A stretch of 64,000 bases of DNA from Chitinophagaceae bacterium (lineage in GTDB: Bacteria; Bacteroidota; Bacteroidia; Chitinophagales; Chitinophagaceae). Under the pieces are notes generated by a model that was given only the letters and a program-made list of their open reading frames with translations, did not search any database and was not told where the DNA came from. How positions within the stretch are numbered: the first letter of the stretch is position 1; each line of letters begins with the position of its first letter. The stretch is taken from assembly GCA_965246855.1 (NCBI GenBank), contig CBDFFP010000008.1, positions 1,756-65,755 of the forward strand, in the 5' to 3' direction. Of this stretch, positions 44,560 through 52,666 are shown in pieces. A program made the position numbers and the translations under genes.

Positions 44560-46695
44560 ATGCGCAAATACCTTCTGCTTCTCCTTCTTACGCTGGCCTT
44601 TTCCTTTCCGGGAATGGCCCAGATAATTGCCGACCCAACTACCTGGACGTATGGAGTGAAGGAAAAAAGTGCCGGGAAATATGAGGTGCTTTTCCGGCTG
44701 AAGCTGAAGGAAAAGTGGCACATCTGGAGTCTGGAGCCGGGCGGCGATGGCTTACAGGTTCCGCCAAGCTTTACGTTTGAGCCACAGCCGGGATTAAAAG
44801 TTCTGGGCAGCGTTACAGAGAAAGGCGCAACCAAGCATACCGGCCCGATGGACGGCGTGGACGGCATCGTGAATTATTTTGAGGGCAGCGTTACCTACAC
44901 GCAAAACATTGAAGCGAAGGCCGGAATGAAACTCACTGGCTCACACAAGTATCAGGTCTGCGACGACAAAATGTGCCTCGCGCCAAAAAACAAAAAATTC
45001 TCTGTACAAATTGGCGGCAGCGCAGACAGCGCAAAAAAAAAAGATGACACGGTAGCGGCGATTAGCCCCGTTATTCCAGTGGATACACTGGTTTCCACAA
45101 CCGGAAATGCAAGCAATGACTCCAGCAAAACGGCGATTGTTGCGGAAAACCCTACTGCTCCGAATACGCCTTCTAACCCCGGAGATTCAACGCCTGATTC
45201 GGGCGGCAAAGGCTTGCTCTGGCTGTTTCTCGCGGCTTTCGGTGGCGGGCTGCTGGCGGTAACTACGCCCTGCGTCTATTCCATGATTCCGATTACGGTG
45301 AGCTTCTTCACCAAGCGTAGCAAAACGCGGCAGGAAGGCATCCGAAACGCACTACTGTATTCCGCATCCATCATCATCATCTTCACGCTGCTCGGTGTGC
45401 TGATTTCAGCAGCATTTGGGGGAAATGCACTGAACAATCTGAGTACCAACTGGATCGCCAACCTGTTTTTCTTCGTCATTTTCGTGGTGTTCGGCATCTC
45501 GTTTCTGGGCGCTTTTGAAATCACGCTGCCGTCGTCGTGGACGAATGTTACCGACTCCAAAGCCAACACCAAATCTTTTGGCGGTATCTTCTTCATGGCG
45601 CTCACGCTGGTGATTGTTTCCTTCTCCTGCACCGGGCCGATTGTGGGGCCGCTGTTGGTAGCGGCGGGCAAAGGCGGACGCGTTGGCCCTGCTGTGGGTA
45701 TGTTTGGCTTTTCCTGCGGACTGGCGTTGCCGTTTGCACTTTTTGCCATTTTTCCAAGCGCGCTCAACAAGCTTGCGGCGGGTGGCGGCTGGCTTAATCA
45801 GGTAAAGGTTTTCCTGGGCTTTATAGAGCTGATGCTGGCGCTGAAATTCTTTTCCAACGCCGACCTCGCGCGCGGCTGGCGCATCCTTGACCGCGAAATT
45901 TTCATCAGTCTTTGGGTGGTGCTGAGCGTGCTGCTGGGCTTGTATTTGTTGGGAAGACTCAAACTCTCGCACGACGACGCGACGGCCAAAAACGTGTACG
46001 GGCAGGAATACGTTTCCTTGCCGAAACTGTTCCTTGCCATTGCTTCCTTCGCTTTTGCAGTTTATATGATTCCCGGACTTTGGGGCGCTCCGCTGAAAGG
46101 CTTGAGCCAGTTTTTGCCGCCGATGGGCACGCAGGATTTTGTGTCGGGTGGGGGAAGCAGCCACGCTTCTTCGGAAGGCGGAAATGGTCCCGTGCCGGTG
46201 AAGTATGCAGAAGAGTTAAGAATTTATGAGCCGGAAGTGGTGACCAAATTCGGGCTGCAAACCTTCTACGATTACGACGAAGCACTGGCTGCCGGGAAGG
46301 CTTTGAATAAACCCGTGATGCTGGATTTTACGGGCATCAACTGCGTAAACTGCCGCAAGATGGAAAGCCAAGTGTGGAGCGACCCGGGCGTGATGAAAAT
46401 GCTGAAAGAAGACTTCGTCATTGCCTCTCTTTACTGTGATTACGACAAGATGGATTTGCCCAAGAGCGAGCAACGCTTCTCGAAGATTCTGAACTCGGAA
46501 GTCGTTACCCTCGGCGATTATAACGAAGCCTTACAGGCCGAGAAATTCGGGGCAAACTCCCAGCCGTTCTACTTTTTTGTGGATGGAGAAGGCAACAAGC
46601 TAACAGACAAAGGCTATGGCTATGACCCGAATGTGGCGAAGTTTATCCGGCATCTGGAAGACGTGAAAAAAACGTTTGCCGAAAGCGCAAAGTAG
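44560..46695 (+). CDS. DsbD-like thiol:disulfide interchange protein (N-terminal domain + cytochrome c biogenesis TM domain + thioredoxin-like domain)
   Basis: Signal peptide, TM core with [15 protein letters not shown] and [11 protein letters not shown], and C-terminal [14 protein letters not shown] (CxxC). Confidence 0.85.
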   Translation: MRKYLLLLLLTLAFSFPGMAQIIADPTTWTYGVKEKSAGKYEVLFRLKLKEKWHIWSLEPGGDGLQVPPSFTFEPQPGLKVLGSVTEKGATKHTGPMDGVDGIVNYFEGSVTYTQNIEAKAGMKLTGSHKYQVCDDKMCLAPKNKKFSVQIGGSADSAKKKDDTVAAISPVIPVDTLVSTTGNASNDSSKTAIVAENPTAPNTPSNPGDSTPDSGGKGLLWLFLAAFGGGLLAVTTPCVYSMIPITVSFFTKRSKTRQEGIRNALLYSASIIIIFTLLGVLISAAFGGNALNNLSTNWIANLFFFVIFVVFGISFLGAFEITLPSSWTNVTDSKANTKSFGGIFFMALTLVIVSFSCTGPIVGPLLVAAGKGGRVGPAVGMFGFSCGLALPFALFAIFPSALNKLAAGGGWLNQVKVFLGFIELMLALKFFSNADLARGWRILDREIFISLWVVLSVLLGLYLLGRLKLSHDDATAKNVYGQEYVSLPKLFLAIASFAFAVYMIPGLWGAPLKGLSQFLPPMGTQDFVSGGGSSHASSEGGNGPVPVKYAEELRIYEPEVVTKFGLQTFYDYDEALAAGKALNKPVMLDFTGINCVNCRKMESQVWSDPGVMKMLKEDFVIASLYCDYDKMDLPKSEQRFSKILNSEVVTLGDYNEALQAEKFGANSQPFYFFVDGEGNKLTDKGYGYDPNVAKFIRHLEDVKKTFAESAK

Positions 46696-46776
46696 CGGGT
46701 TTGGTTAGAATGATAGTGGAGACAGACTTGATGGAAGCCCTTTAAGGGCGTAAGGTCTGTGGGAAAGCAAAGAAAG

Positions 46777-46844
46777 AAGAAGTCCCGTAAGGACACAGGT
46801 TTGACCTTTTCTAAAATCAAACCTGCGCCCTACGGGACTTCTTC
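46777..46844 (+). terminator. long imperfect hairpin downstream of the dsbD-like gene
   Basis: gaagaagtcccgtaaggacacaggtttga ... tcaaacctgcgccctacgggacttcttc. Confidence 0.55.
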
Positions 46845-46959
46845 TTTTAAAACCACCTTCTCTTCTAGCAAACACTGCGTCCCTACGGGATTTGGGTTCC
46901 CCTTTCTATTAAAACGTCCATGCATCCTATACAGACGGGATACAGCGCTGCATTAAACC

Positions 46960-47185
46960 GGTACAATGATAAAAATAATTAGTACATTAGCTTTAAAAAT
47001 TGGTACAATGATAAAAATAGCTGCTGCTTTACTATTTAAAGGACTGTCATGGGCATTTTTTGCCGTCTTGTTTTTCCTTAAAGTCGGTTATCCGTTTTGT
47101 CAGAAGGCGTTTTCAGAGCCTCGTAAGCGGAAGGCATGCCTTATCTTTCAGCGTTAAAAGGCTGTCGCAGAAAAAACGGTACAAT
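46960..47185 (+). promoter_or_regulatory. three GGTACAAT boxes upstream of dps (two 18-nt identical copies 42 bp apart, a third 38 nt before the dps ATG); candidate operator sites
   Basis: ggtacaatgataaaaata at 46960-46977 and at 47002-47019. ggtacaat at 47178-47185. Confidence 0.3.
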
Positions 47186-47222
47186 TCTTGCAACGTCGTA
47201 AAATTCCAATCCAACAACATTC

Positions 47223-47699
47223 ATGGAACACACCAACCAAATCGGCCTAGACGGCGCTAAAAGCCAGCAACTTGCTAACCTGTTGAACGATCTTCTTTCC
47301 AACTATTCCGTTTTCTACCAAAATGCGCGCGGCTATCACTGGAACATTCAGGGCGAGAAATTCTTTGAGCTTCACCTTAAGTTTGAAGAGCTTTACAACG
47401 ACCTTTTTCTGAAAATAGACGAAGTGGCCGAGCGCATCCTCACGCTGGGACACCGCCCGGAATATCGTTTTTCCAGTTACCTCTCCGAGGCGGCCATCCC
47501 CGAAAGCAAAGAAGTGAGTGATGGCAAAACGGCCATTGAAGAAATCCTTACCGCCTTCAAAACCCTGCTCACCAAACAGCGCGAAATCCTGCGCCTCGCT
47601 GCCGAGACCGAAGACGAAGGCACCAACGCCCTGATGAGCGATTATATCCGCGCGCAGGAAAAGCTGGTGTGGATGTACTCGGCATATCTGAGCCGGTAA
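47223..47699 (+). CDS. dps: Dps family DNA starvation/stationary-phase protection protein
   Basis: YQNARGYHWNIQGEKFFELHLKFEELY...DEVAERILTLG shows the ferroxidase-site pattern. Confidence 0.9.
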   Translation: MEHTNQIGLDGAKSQQLANLLNDLLSNYSVFYQNARGYHWNIQGEKFFELHLKFEELYNDLFLKIDEVAERILTLGHRPEYRFSSYLSEAAIPESKEVSDGKTAIEEILTAFKTLLTKQREILRLAAETEDEGTNALMSDYIRAQEKLVWMYSAYLSR

Positions 47700-47819
47700 A
47701 GGAACTGCTTTGCGGTAAGCCCCGAAGTGCTTTTTTAACAGCACTTCGGGGCTTTTTCAGGTTTGGGAACGGGTCACAAAAGGCACCGGGCAGCGATCAA
47801 CCTTCAAACCCTTTTCCCT

Positions 47820-48689
47820 ATGAAATCCCTTTCTCTTCTGGCCGGTTTTTGCCTTTTGCTGGCATCCTGCCAAAGTCGCCCGGAATCTGCCGCTTCTGAA
47901 AAAGCCGCATTGGATGGCAGCCAGGAAGACGCCTCTGTTTCCGGCCTCACGGGCGATTCTGCGAAGCTGATTACCACCAGCAGCATGAGCCTTCAGGTGG
48001 CGCATGTGGACAGCTTTGTACGCGACGCAATCCAGCTGACGCAGGCACTGGGCGGAACGGTTGTGCGGCAGGAAATAACCTACACACCTGTACGCCACCG
48101 TGAAGAGCCCATTTCTTCGGATTCCCTGCTCCTGATAGAAGCCATTGCACCGCAGGCGACGCTCGCGGTTCGCATTCCCGTACTGCAACTGGACAGTTTT
48201 TTGTTTGTGGTAACCGACAGAAGCCTGTATCCATTAAGTCGTTTAGTAGAAACAGAAGATGCAAGTCTGCGTTATCTGGAAAACACCCTAAAACTTCAAA
48301 ACCGGGACAAAACGGTTTCCGAAGCGCCTGCGGCGGTGAAAAATACTTCTTTGCGCGACCGCATAGCCTTGCGCGACGAAGCCATTACACACGATTTGGA
48401 CAACCGCAGCATCAACGCTGAAGTGCGCTATAGCTTGTTGAACCTGACGCTCACGCAAAACCCGGTTGTTCGGCGAACAACCGTGGCAAACCTTGCGATT
48501 GACGATTACCGGCTGCCGGTTTCTGCGCGGCTCTCAGGCGCGTTCAGCAGCGGCTTCCGTTATTTTGGGGATTTCCTTTTCGGGGTGTTGCACCTGTGGC
48601 TCTTTATCGTTGTTGGCATCGCTGGTTTTCTGGTGCTGCGCCATTTCCGCCGAACCCGAAAAGCGCCTTTCCCGGCCTTGAAATCCTAG
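47820..48689 (+). CDS. DUF4349-like lipoprotein with a C-terminal TM helix
   Basis: Lipobox LLLASC. SMSLQVAHVDSFVRDAIQLTQALGGTVV. C-terminal FGVLHLWLFIVVGIAGFLVL. Confidence 0.65.
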   Translation: MKSLSLLAGFCLLLASCQSRPESAASEKAALDGSQEDASVSGLTGDSAKLITTSSMSLQVAHVDSFVRDAIQLTQALGGTVVRQEITYTPVRHREEPISSDSLLLIEAIAPQATLAVRIPVLQLDSFLFVVTDRSLYPLSRLVETEDASLRYLENTLKLQNRDKTVSEAPAAVKNTSLRDRIALRDEAITHDLDNRSINAEVRYSLLNLTLTQNPVVRRTTVANLAIDDYRLPVSARLSGAFSSGFRYFGDFLFGVLHLWLFIVVGIAGFLVLRHFRRTRKAPFPALKS

Positions 48690-48729
48690 CGCGGCACGCC
48701 GGATTTTTACCTGCTGCTACCTTTACCGC

Positions 48730-49527
48730 ATGGCGCAAAATCTTTTTCCGCTGCTGCGCACCGTGCAGGTAACGCGCTACGTGATGCCGTTGCGCGAAGG
48801 CGGCTCGCTGCCGGCTATTACCGAAGCCGACGACGGCTTCCAGTACGTGCTGAAATTCCTGGGCGCGGGGCAGGGCGTGAAAGCGCTGATTGCGGAATTG
48901 ATTGGCGGCGAAATTGCCCGTGCGATGGGATTGAAAATGCCGGAAATGGTATTGGCTATGCTGGACGAAGCCTTTGGCCGCACCGAGCCGGACGAAGAAA
49001 TTCAGGACTTGCTGAAGAAAAGCGTGGGGCTGAATTTGGGTGTGCATTTCCTCAGCGGTGCAATGACCTACGACATTGCCGTGGAGCAGCCCGACCCGTT
49101 TCTGGCTTCGCAGATTGTGTGGCTGGATGCTTTGCTTTTCAACGTGGACCGCACCGCGCGTAACCCGAATATGCTGTTCTGGAAAGATGAATTGTGGCTG
49201 ATAGACCACGGCGCCAGTCTGTTCTTCCACCACAACTGGGACCGCCGCGAAAGCTATATCCACAAACCGTTTGCGCAGATAAAAGACCATGTGCTTTTGC
49301 CTTATGCTACGGCATTGCAAGAAGCAGATGCACAGGCGAAAAAAGCCCTGACACCGGACGTGATTAGTCGCATCACCGACGCCCTTCCTGACGACTGGCT
49401 GCAATGGCCGGATGCAACAGAAAATCCTGCTGAAATCCGTGCTTTTTACAACCGCTTCCTGCAAGAGCGGATTGCCGATTCTTCCACGTTCTTAAACGCC
49501 GCCGAAGATGAAGCCGCACTTGTATGA
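48730..49527 (+). CDS. HipA-like kinase family protein
   Basis: G-rich loop LKFLGAGQG. FNVDRTARNPNML is analogous to the HipA catalytic D-x-H-x-x-N segment. LIDHGASLFFHH follows it. Confidence 0.6.
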   Translation: MAQNLFPLLRTVQVTRYVMPLREGGSLPAITEADDGFQYVLKFLGAGQGVKALIAELIGGEIARAMGLKMPEMVLAMLDEAFGRTEPDEEIQDLLKKSVGLNLGVHFLSGAMTYDIAVEQPDPFLASQIVWLDALLFNVDRTARNPNMLFWKDELWLIDHGASLFFHHNWDRRESYIHKPFAQIKDHVLLPYATALQEADAQAKKALTPDVISRITDALPDDWLQWPDATENPAEIRAFYNRFLQERIADSSTFLNAAEDEAALV

Positions 49528-49891
49528 ATACAGCGTAATTCGCATCGTGCCCCGCGTGGAGCGCGAAGAATTTATCAACGCGGGCGTTATTGTTTTTTGC
49601 AAAAAAGAGAAGTTTTTGCGCTGCCTTTGGGAGTTGGACAAAGCCAAAATAAAGGCGCTTGACCCGGAGGCTGACCTGCTGCTTTTGCGCCGAAATCTGG
49701 AAGCTTTCGCCGCCATTGCGGCGGGTGAAAAAGGATGCAAAAGTCTGATTGCACATCTGGAGCCGCCGGAGCGTTTTCGCTGGCTGACGGCGACGCGCAG
49801 CACGATGATTCAGGCAGGAAAAATCCACGCCGGACTGACAGATGACCTGCCCAGAATCACCCGCAGTTTGTTTGGGAAAATGGTGCACTGA
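49508..49891 (+). CDS. DUF3037-like protein, translationally coupled to the HipA-like gene
   Basis: YEYSVIRIVPRVEREEFINAGVIVFC...RFRWLTATRSTMIQ. The start overlaps the upstream gene by 20 nt. Confidence 0.6.
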   Translation: MKPHLYEYSVIRIVPRVEREEFINAGVIVFCKKEKFLRCLWELDKAKIKALDPEADLLLLRRNLEAFAAIAAGEKGCKSLIAHLEPPERFRWLTATRSTMIQAGKIHAGLTDDLPRITRSLFGKMVH

Positions 49892-49924
49892 AAGGCTGTT
49901 TGTTTAAACAATTTTAACGTTATA

Positions 49925-49960
49925 AAAAAGGCTTTTGGACAACTCCAAAGCCTTTTTTTT
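49925..49960 (+). terminator. rho-independent terminator
   Basis: aaaaaaggcttttgg-acaact-ccaaagcctttttttt. Confidence 0.65.
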
Positions 49961-49997
49961 GTTCTATTCCGTACTCACTTAACTCCCTCAAAATCAG

Positions 49998-50843
49998 ATG
50001 AAAACGACAGAAAAAACAACGGCCCAACAGACGAGCAATGAAGCCATTCTGACCAGCATTATTACCAACGGAGACCTTTCTAAACTAAGCACCGACCAGA
50101 AGGTTTCCTACTATCGGAACTTCTGTGAGCGCCTCGGTTTAGACCCCATTTCGCAGCCTTTCAAACTGCTTCGCTTGAACGGTCGGGAGATTCTTTATTG
50201 TGACCGTACGGGCGCGCAGCAGTTGAACAAGCTCCACAGCGTGAGCCACGAAATCCGCGCACGCGAAATCGTGAACGGCTGCTATGTAGTGACTGCGCAG
50301 GCATCTACACCGGATGGCCGCCACACCGAATCCATTGGTGCTGTGCCGATTGAAAATCTCAAAGGTGACAACCTCTGCAATGCGATGATGAAAGGCGAAA
50401 CAAAAGCTAAACGCCGCGCAACGCTTGACCTTCTCGGCCTCGGTATCTTGGACGAAACCGAAACCGACAGCATCCCGAATGCAAGTGCCGCGCCTGCGCC
50501 CGTAGCAGCTGTTGCTAAACCAACTACGGTTCCTGTAGAAGCACAAGAACCTGTGCTTGCCGCCGAGCCGCAGGAGGAAAAGAAAGCGCCGGCAAAAGCG
50601 TCTGAAAAGATTAAAATGCTGAAACCTGATTTGGACAATACTGACCCGATGAAGGTGAAATACTCTACACCGGCGGCTTTGGAAGAAGCGCTCGGCAATG
50701 CCAATACGGTAGCACAGCTTGCTGATCTTTACTACACGAATATTGAAATGATTGAAAAGAACGCAGCGCTGAAAGCGTTGTTCACCGCCCGCAAAGGCCG
50801 GATTAACAGTGGTACTTTGCAGGCTGACGCGCTGGCTGCGTAA
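49998..50843 (+). CDS. phage-type single-strand annealing protein (Red-beta/RecT-like) with a low-complexity Pro/Ala/Glu linker and a C-terminal helical tail
   Basis: LSTDQKVSYYRNFCERLGLDPISQPF and MMKGETKAKRRATLDLLGLGILDETE parallel the lambda Beta segments ...ANQYGLNPW... and ...HKAMIQCARLAFGFAGIYDKDE. The assignment is by pattern only. Confidence 0.5.
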   Translation: MKTTEKTTAQQTSNEAILTSIITNGDLSKLSTDQKVSYYRNFCERLGLDPISQPFKLLRLNGREILYCDRTGAQQLNKLHSVSHEIRAREIVNGCYVVTAQASTPDGRHTESIGAVPIENLKGDNLCNAMMKGETKAKRRATLDLLGLGILDETETDSIPNASAAPAPVAAVAKPTTVPVEAQEPVLAAEPQEEKKAPAKASEKIKMLKPDLDNTDPMKVKYSTPAALEEALGNANTVAQLADLYYTNIEMIEKNAALKALFTARKGRINSGTLQADALAA

Positions 50844-50926
50844 AAACAAAATCGCTTTTGATAGCACGAAACGGCTTCTGTACGGAACAGGGGCCGTTTC
50901 TATTTTTGGCACTTATTCCTTCTCTA

Positions 50927-51496
50927 ATGCAACTCGTTCTGGCTTCCAACAATAAAAAGAAAATCGCAGAAATAAAGGCGCTTTTGCCGCAAATAAAATT
51001 GCTTTCTTTAGAAGAAATCGGCTTCGCGGAAGACATTCCCGAACCGTTCCACACCTTCCGGGAAAATGCCGCGCACAAGGCAGAAACCATCCATCGCTTT
51101 TGCGGCTTGCCAACGCTTGCGGATGACAGCGGACTGTGTGTGAAAGCCTTGAACAATGCGCCCGGCGTGTTCAGCGCGCGCTACGGTGGAACGCCCACAA
51201 ACGACGTGCGCAACAATGAAAAACTGCTGCGGGAGATGTGGAGGATTCCTAACCGCGATGCTTTTTTCGTTTGCACAATCGCGCTGGCCGGAGTGGGGGA
51301 GAAGACGCTGTTTTTTGAAGGACAAATGCGGGGGGAAATCGCTCTTGAAATAAGCGGTGTAGGTGGCTTTGGTTATGACCCGCTGTTCCTTCCCGACGGA
51401 CAAAACGAAAGCCTTGCCACAGTCCCCCCGGACTTCAAAAAGACGCATAGCCACCGCGCGCAAGCACTTCAAAAGCTCCGGGATTATCTTTCCTGA
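50927..51496 (+). CDS. rdgB: non-canonical purine NTP pyrophosphatase (RdgB/HAM1)
   Basis: LVLASNNKKKIAEI, ADDSGLCV, GFGYDPLF, SHRAQAL. Confidence 0.9.
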   Translation: MQLVLASNNKKKIAEIKALLPQIKLLSLEEIGFAEDIPEPFHTFRENAAHKAETIHRFCGLPTLADDSGLCVKALNNAPGVFSARYGGTPTNDVRNNEKLLREMWRIPNRDAFFVCTIALAGVGEKTLFFEGQMRGEIALEISGVGGFGYDPLFLPDGQNESLATVPPDFKKTHSHRAQALQKLRDYLS

Positions 51497-51573
51497 ACCG
51501 TTCCGGTGCTTTGCTTGTTTCTTTGCGGGGAAGGGCGACCGAACAGGGTCGCCCCTACCATTTACGGTAAACA

Positions 51574-52557
51574 ATGAAATTCTCGCTCGGCGACGCGGTC
51601 TGGCTGCGGCAAACGGAGGAGGAAGGAAGCATCACAGCTTTCCTGTCCAAAACGCTCTACGAAGTGGAAGTGGGCGGCGTGCGCTTTCCGGTTTTTGCCG
51701 ATTCGCTGGAGCATCCTTACCTGCGGCGTTTTCAGAAAACGGGCATTTTTAAAAAAGAAGAAGTTCCGCTTCCGGCCCCGGAAAAGACACCACCGCCGCG
51801 CCTGCCGCAAGGCTGTTATTTCTCCTTCCTACCTGTCTATAAAGAAGAAGCGAAAAAGACCAACGAGATTGATGCGGTGAAGCTTTACTTAGTAAACGAA
51901 CTTCCCGACAGCCTGCGTTTTGACTATGATTTGCGCACTGCCGGAAAGGCCTCTTTCTTCGGGTTGGTCGGTAATATACCCGCGTATTCAAACCTGTATC
52001 TACACATGGTTCCGTGGGAAATAATGGCCGCACAGCCGCGTTTTCACTGGCGATTGCAACCCACGTTTGACGGAAGAATGGGGCCGCAGCAAGAAGGCGT
52101 TTTTTCGTTGCGCGCCCGGCAATTGGTGCAGCGCATCAGTGCGCTGGAGGAAAGCGGAAGTCCGGCTTTTTCGGAGCTTTTGGTAGATCAATTTGTAGAA
52201 GCGCCTGCGCTGCCTTTACCGCAACTGAAAGCTGTTTCTGTCCCGGAAAATACGCTCGTTGCAAAACCTTTTTCGCCCGTCATTGACCTACACGCCTCGG
52301 TACTTTTGTCCGGCGCAGAGGACTATCTGCCGATGGAAATTTTCCGGACGCAGTTGGACGTACTGCACCGTTTTTTAGAAGAAGCAATCGCGCATAAAAC
52401 GCCGCATCTCACCCTTATTCACGGCGTAGGAAACGGTGTATTGCGCCGTGCCGTCACGGAGATTTTACAGACCCACCGCGAAGCGTTTCGCATTACCCAC
52501 GACTGGCATCCGTGCTACGGTTTTGGGGCAACAGGCGTGAAGATGAAATATAAATAA
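51574..52557 (+). CDS. Smr domain protein (MutS2 C-terminal-like nuclease domain)
   Basis: C-terminal VIDLHA...LTLIHGVGNGVLRRAV. Confidence 0.75.
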   Translation: MKFSLGDAVWLRQTEEEGSITAFLSKTLYEVEVGGVRFPVFADSLEHPYLRRFQKTGIFKKEEVPLPAPEKTPPPRLPQGCYFSFLPVYKEEAKKTNEIDAVKLYLVNELPDSLRFDYDLRTAGKASFFGLVGNIPAYSNLYLHMVPWEIMAAQPRFHWRLQPTFDGRMGPQQEGVFSLRARQLVQRISALEESGSPAFSELLVDQFVEAPALPLPQLKAVSVPENTLVAKPFSPVIDLHASVLLSGAEDYLPMEIFRTQLDVLHRFLEEAIAHKTPHLTLIHGVGNGVLRRAVTEILQTHREAFRITHDWHPCYGFGATGVKMKYK

Positions 52558-52666
52558 GGGCGCTGGAGCAGGGAAGAGGTACCAATCTTCCAACGCGAAA
52601 CTTCCAACCTTCCAACGGCTTTAGCCACTCCAACGCCGAAGGTATCCAACGCGCAGCATCCAACCG

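Noticed and set aside
46966-47157. 63-aa ORF (MIKIISTLALKIGTMIKIAAALLF...) as a small membrane protein gene
   Set aside because: Its start and an internal Met are created by the duplicated 18-nt box, and there is no obvious ribosome-binding context or conservation evidence. It could be real but cannot be supported from sequence alone.
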